NCBI GenBank assembly: GCA_965222225.1
Contig: CBDCTK010000002.1
Coordinates: 4,096,001 to 4,160,000 of the forward strand
Direction of reading: 5' to 3'
Origin: Candidatus Poribacteria bacterium
Lineage (GTDB): Bacteria; Poribacteria; WGA-4E; JAJDTR01
DNA: 64,000 nt
In this document: positions 61,270 through 64,000 of the stretch, piece after piece
How positions within the stretch are numbered: position 1 is the first letter of the stretch
Layout of the letters: each line of letters opens with the position of its first letter
Translations under genes and position numbers: made by a program
Notes under the pieces: model-generated
Databases searched by the model: none
Told to the model about the DNA's origin: nothing
The model's input: only the letters and a program-made list of their open reading frames with translations

Positions 61270-62518
61270 CGGAATTAGTAGCTTGTAGCTTTTAGACTGA
61301 CGACAAACATAAAACTTGGTACCCTGTCGTAAATCTTTTCGTCACACGTAGATGTCCATAGTGACTATTCTTCTCGTAGGAGTTTGCTATGGACATTTTG
61401 AATCTTATGAAAGAGTTTCCAAATCAAGAATCTTGTCTCAGATTTATAGAGGAAAAACGTTGGAAGGACGGTGTTTGCTGTATCCACTGTGGCAGTGAAA
61501 AAGTTGGACGCAAGAACAAAAACGACATTACTACTGGTTGGAATTGCTACGATTGTGAATCTAGCTTTTCGGCTACAGCAGGAACCATCTTCCATGGTAC
61601 CAAGATACCTCTCCAGAAATGGTTTTTGGCTATCTCAATTCTTTCCAATGCCAAGAAAAGCATATCGAGTTGTCAGCTTGCTCGTGACTTGGACATGAAT
61701 CAAAAGTCCGCTTGGTATATGGCAATGCGCCTCCGTGAGAAAATGAGTGATAGTGATGAATTGCTGAAAGGGATAGTTGAAGCGGACGAAACCTATGTCG
61801 GCGGCAAACCCAGAGCAAAATCTAAGAGAGGTAGAGGCACAAATAAATCTCCCGTCATCGGCGTAGTCGAGAGAGGCGGTCGGGTGGTTGCTAAATTCAT
61901 GAAGGTTCTATCTGGTGAAAATATCAGAGAATTCATCCTTAGCAATGTCTCACCCGATGAGTCTATTCTTATGACTGATGAATTTCGCTCTTACAATAGT
62001 CTGGACGAAGATATCGAAAGACATGTTATCCATCACCAAGAGAGATATGTTTCTGAGGACGGCGTAACTCACACCAACACCATCGAGTCGTTTTGGGCTT
62101 GTGTCAAGAGGTCATTCTACGGAACGCATCATCACTACAGCAAGAAGTGGCTGCCACTGTATATCATGGAGTCTTGCTGGAAATATAATCGCAGAAAAGA
62201 TGATGAGATTTTCATAAGATTTTTTGATGAATGCTTCACCTGAGCCACATGAATTGTTTGGCTATCGGTATATTCTGTCAACGACAACATCATGGTGTGC
62301 TGAAAATCCCATAGTGTTGGAAATTAAAATCCCGCAGATAACCCGCAATGCTCCCGCGAGCATGTACAAACGCTTGGTCAACATGATATGCCTCCATTTC
62401 TCTCTTATAGAGATGTATTTTAGTGTGAATCAAGATTCCGAACACTGTCTAAAATGATTGTACATTAAGAAGAGAAAAGCAAGCAAATCGACCAAAAAGC
62501 AGTTAACTACTAAGTCCC
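61270..62518 (+). mobile_element. IS1595-family insertion sequence, copy 2 (1249 bp)
   Basis: Perfect 8-bp TSD TTTCTTTT at 61262..61269 and 62519..62526. Confidence 0.95.
61389..62243 (+). CDS. IS1595-family DDE transposase
   Basis: Translation identical to 1304..2158. Confidence 0.93.
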   Translation: MDILNLMKEFPNQESCLRFIEEKRWKDGVCCIHCGSEKVGRKNKNDITTGWNCYDCESSFSATAGTIFHGTKIPLQKWFLAISILSNAKKSISSCQLARDLDMNQKSAWYMAMRLREKMSDSDELLKGIVEADETYVGGKPRAKSKRGRGTNKSPVIGVVERGGRVVAKFMKVLSGENIREFILSNVSPDESILMTDEFRSYNSLDEDIERHVIHHQERYVSEDGVTHTNTIESFWACVKRSFYGTHHHYSKKWLPLYIMESCWKYNRRKDDEIFIRFFDECFT

Positions 62519-64000
62519 TTTCTTTTCAACCATGCAAACAGACTTTTCCTGCTCATTGGTAAGCATAATATGCGCTTGCATCCGCAGCTCTGGCGCGATA
62601 TGGGTTGGAAACTTGCGAGGAATGGTGAAGTTTTTTCTGATAAAGACACGCTTCGCCGCTGGTTTTCACTGTTGCTTACCTCTCTTCGAGAGAAAATAAG
62701 CATGAACGATCTGATGCATGTCGACACGGACTATCTCCTGCCTCAGATGGGTGAACTTTGCATAGCAAACGAAATGCTGGATGATTTATTGCAGATATTC
62801 GATTGGATGATGGAAAGTCGCATTCGGATTAACAAAGGATACTCGTGGCCTTCTGCCGACGATGACAGGGAAATACCCTCTGTTGATGCTGAATTAATTC
62901 CAATTAGCGAACAACACGAATTGAATGAACTGTGGGAAGTGGGACTGAAGCCTAAGCTACCTCAAGTAGCCAAGCCGTTACTCGATCGGGTAATCAGGCG
63001 GCTAGAAGGACAATATCTCACACTGTGTACTTGGGGAAAGGTGCACGGCACATGGGATCCAATGAGCGAGGGACGTTCTGCCATTGAGCCTGAAGAAGGG
63101 GATGGTAATACCGAATCGATTGATGTGATGATCAATGCGGCCCGCGATTGCCTCTTATGGCTGGCTTCCAATCAGGTAGAAACAGCGACACAATGGTGTA
63201 ATCGGCATGTGCGTTCGGGAGTAACTCTGCTACGCAGACTTGCGGTACATGGGGTGTACAAACGCGAAGATTTAACAGCAGACGACAAAATTGATTGGTT
63301 ACAAACACACATAAATCAGATTGGGTTGTCGGTTGGCGCCGAAGTGTTCCCGTTACTACAGCAAGCCTATCCCGAAGCCTGCCCGGCACATCGAAGCTCG
63401 CTTATTGAAGCCATGTGGACTTACCGTTGGCCTAAGGAAACAGCTTCGGACGGAGATAAGCATGCGGCAAGGCAACAATTCGACTGGTTTAATTGCATCC
63501 ATCGATGTGTTCCTGACTGCCTCTTGGCTAAAGCAGCGTTGGATAAAGTGTTGGCGCGGTACCCAGAATTCAAGTCGATGGTACCTCAACCTCCGACACA
63601 AGGAGGCATATCAGGTCCAATCGCGCCGCAAAGTGCTCCGCCCCCTGAAGAACTACCGCCAACACCTTCCGCCGATCAACTACACGAGTTACTGTCAAAT
63701 CAAACTGCAGCGTGGGATGAAGCTAAACATAGTCAAGTATTCCAGAGGCTTGTCAGAATTGAGTTGTATCCAAAATATAGTCACGCGATTGCCAATGCGC
63801 TCTATGCACTGGTAGAGAACGGTGGTCCCTCCTATGCCTTAAAACTACTCCCGCAAGCCCAGCGAATCGCTTCGGCACTGTGGCCCCATCTTGACCGGAC
63901 CGCGCCAATCGATGCAAGAGGAGACTGGCTATTCGCCGCCATGAATCACCCGGCAGGGCTCCTGGCTTACTTCTGGATATCTGCACTCTCACTCTGGCGC

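Larger units (their letters stand above)
60203..64000 (+). pseudogene. SIR2_2-domain defence-associated sirtuin (Dsr1-like) interrupted by IS1595; runs off the window end
   Basis: VFAGAGVS, LVTTNFD, HVHGS, DFARAYL..GWARRFL.ELF, FVGYSHDD. Excising the IS restores ...ADRFLF-NHANRLF..., which appears to stay open to 64000. Confidence 0.85.

Noticed and set aside
1185-62518. 60-kb composite transposon bounded by the two IS1595 copies
   Set aside because: Copy 2 has its own TSD on both sides and splits one gene, so it inserted independently. The outer flanks do not match each other.
62503-63992. Short ORFs listed in the track after IS copy 2
   Set aside because: They are shadows of the long open plus-strand frame that continues the SIR2 gene.
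1-64000. tRNA, rRNA and the many short antisense or overlapping ORFs in the track
   Set aside because: No tRNA or rRNA signature was seen by eye (a tRNAscan/Rfam run would be decisive). The overlapping ORFs lie opposite well-supported genes and lack motifs.

Overview
Bacterial genomic window of about 51% GC (estimated by eye). The gene content suggests Candidatus Poribacteria, but this is an inference: tandem PD40/TolB-like propellers with a C-terminal TxWGxIK motif, PhyH dioxygenases, a sulfatase, a GH36 array, DUF6785/6784-like membrane proteins and dense GTAG-type hairpin repeats. Most of the window encodes transport and carbohydrate/organic-acid catabolism (ABC permeases, two enolase-superfamily dehydratases, four GH36 paralogs, Gfo/Idh/MocA oxidoreductases), plus thrC and argJ. 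There are two apparently identical 1249-bp IS1595 copies and one IS1-family element, and many paralogs carry one or two inactivating lesions. Three observations stand out. (1) At 45.5-49.7 kb, a DpnA-like methyltransferase, a MutH/Sau3AI-fold nuclease and a TGT-fold base-exchange enzyme fused to an ArcS/DUF5591-like domain (with a QLELF clamp-binding-like motif) form a candidate new DNA-modification/defence system. (2) A ~35-bp GATC-bounded micro-element, about 20 copies, inserts into REP-like hairpins and into itself, giving nests up to four deep. (3) A Dsr1-like SIR2 defence gene is split by IS1595 with a perfect 8-bp target duplication. All calls are by-eye motif recognition; no database searches were run.
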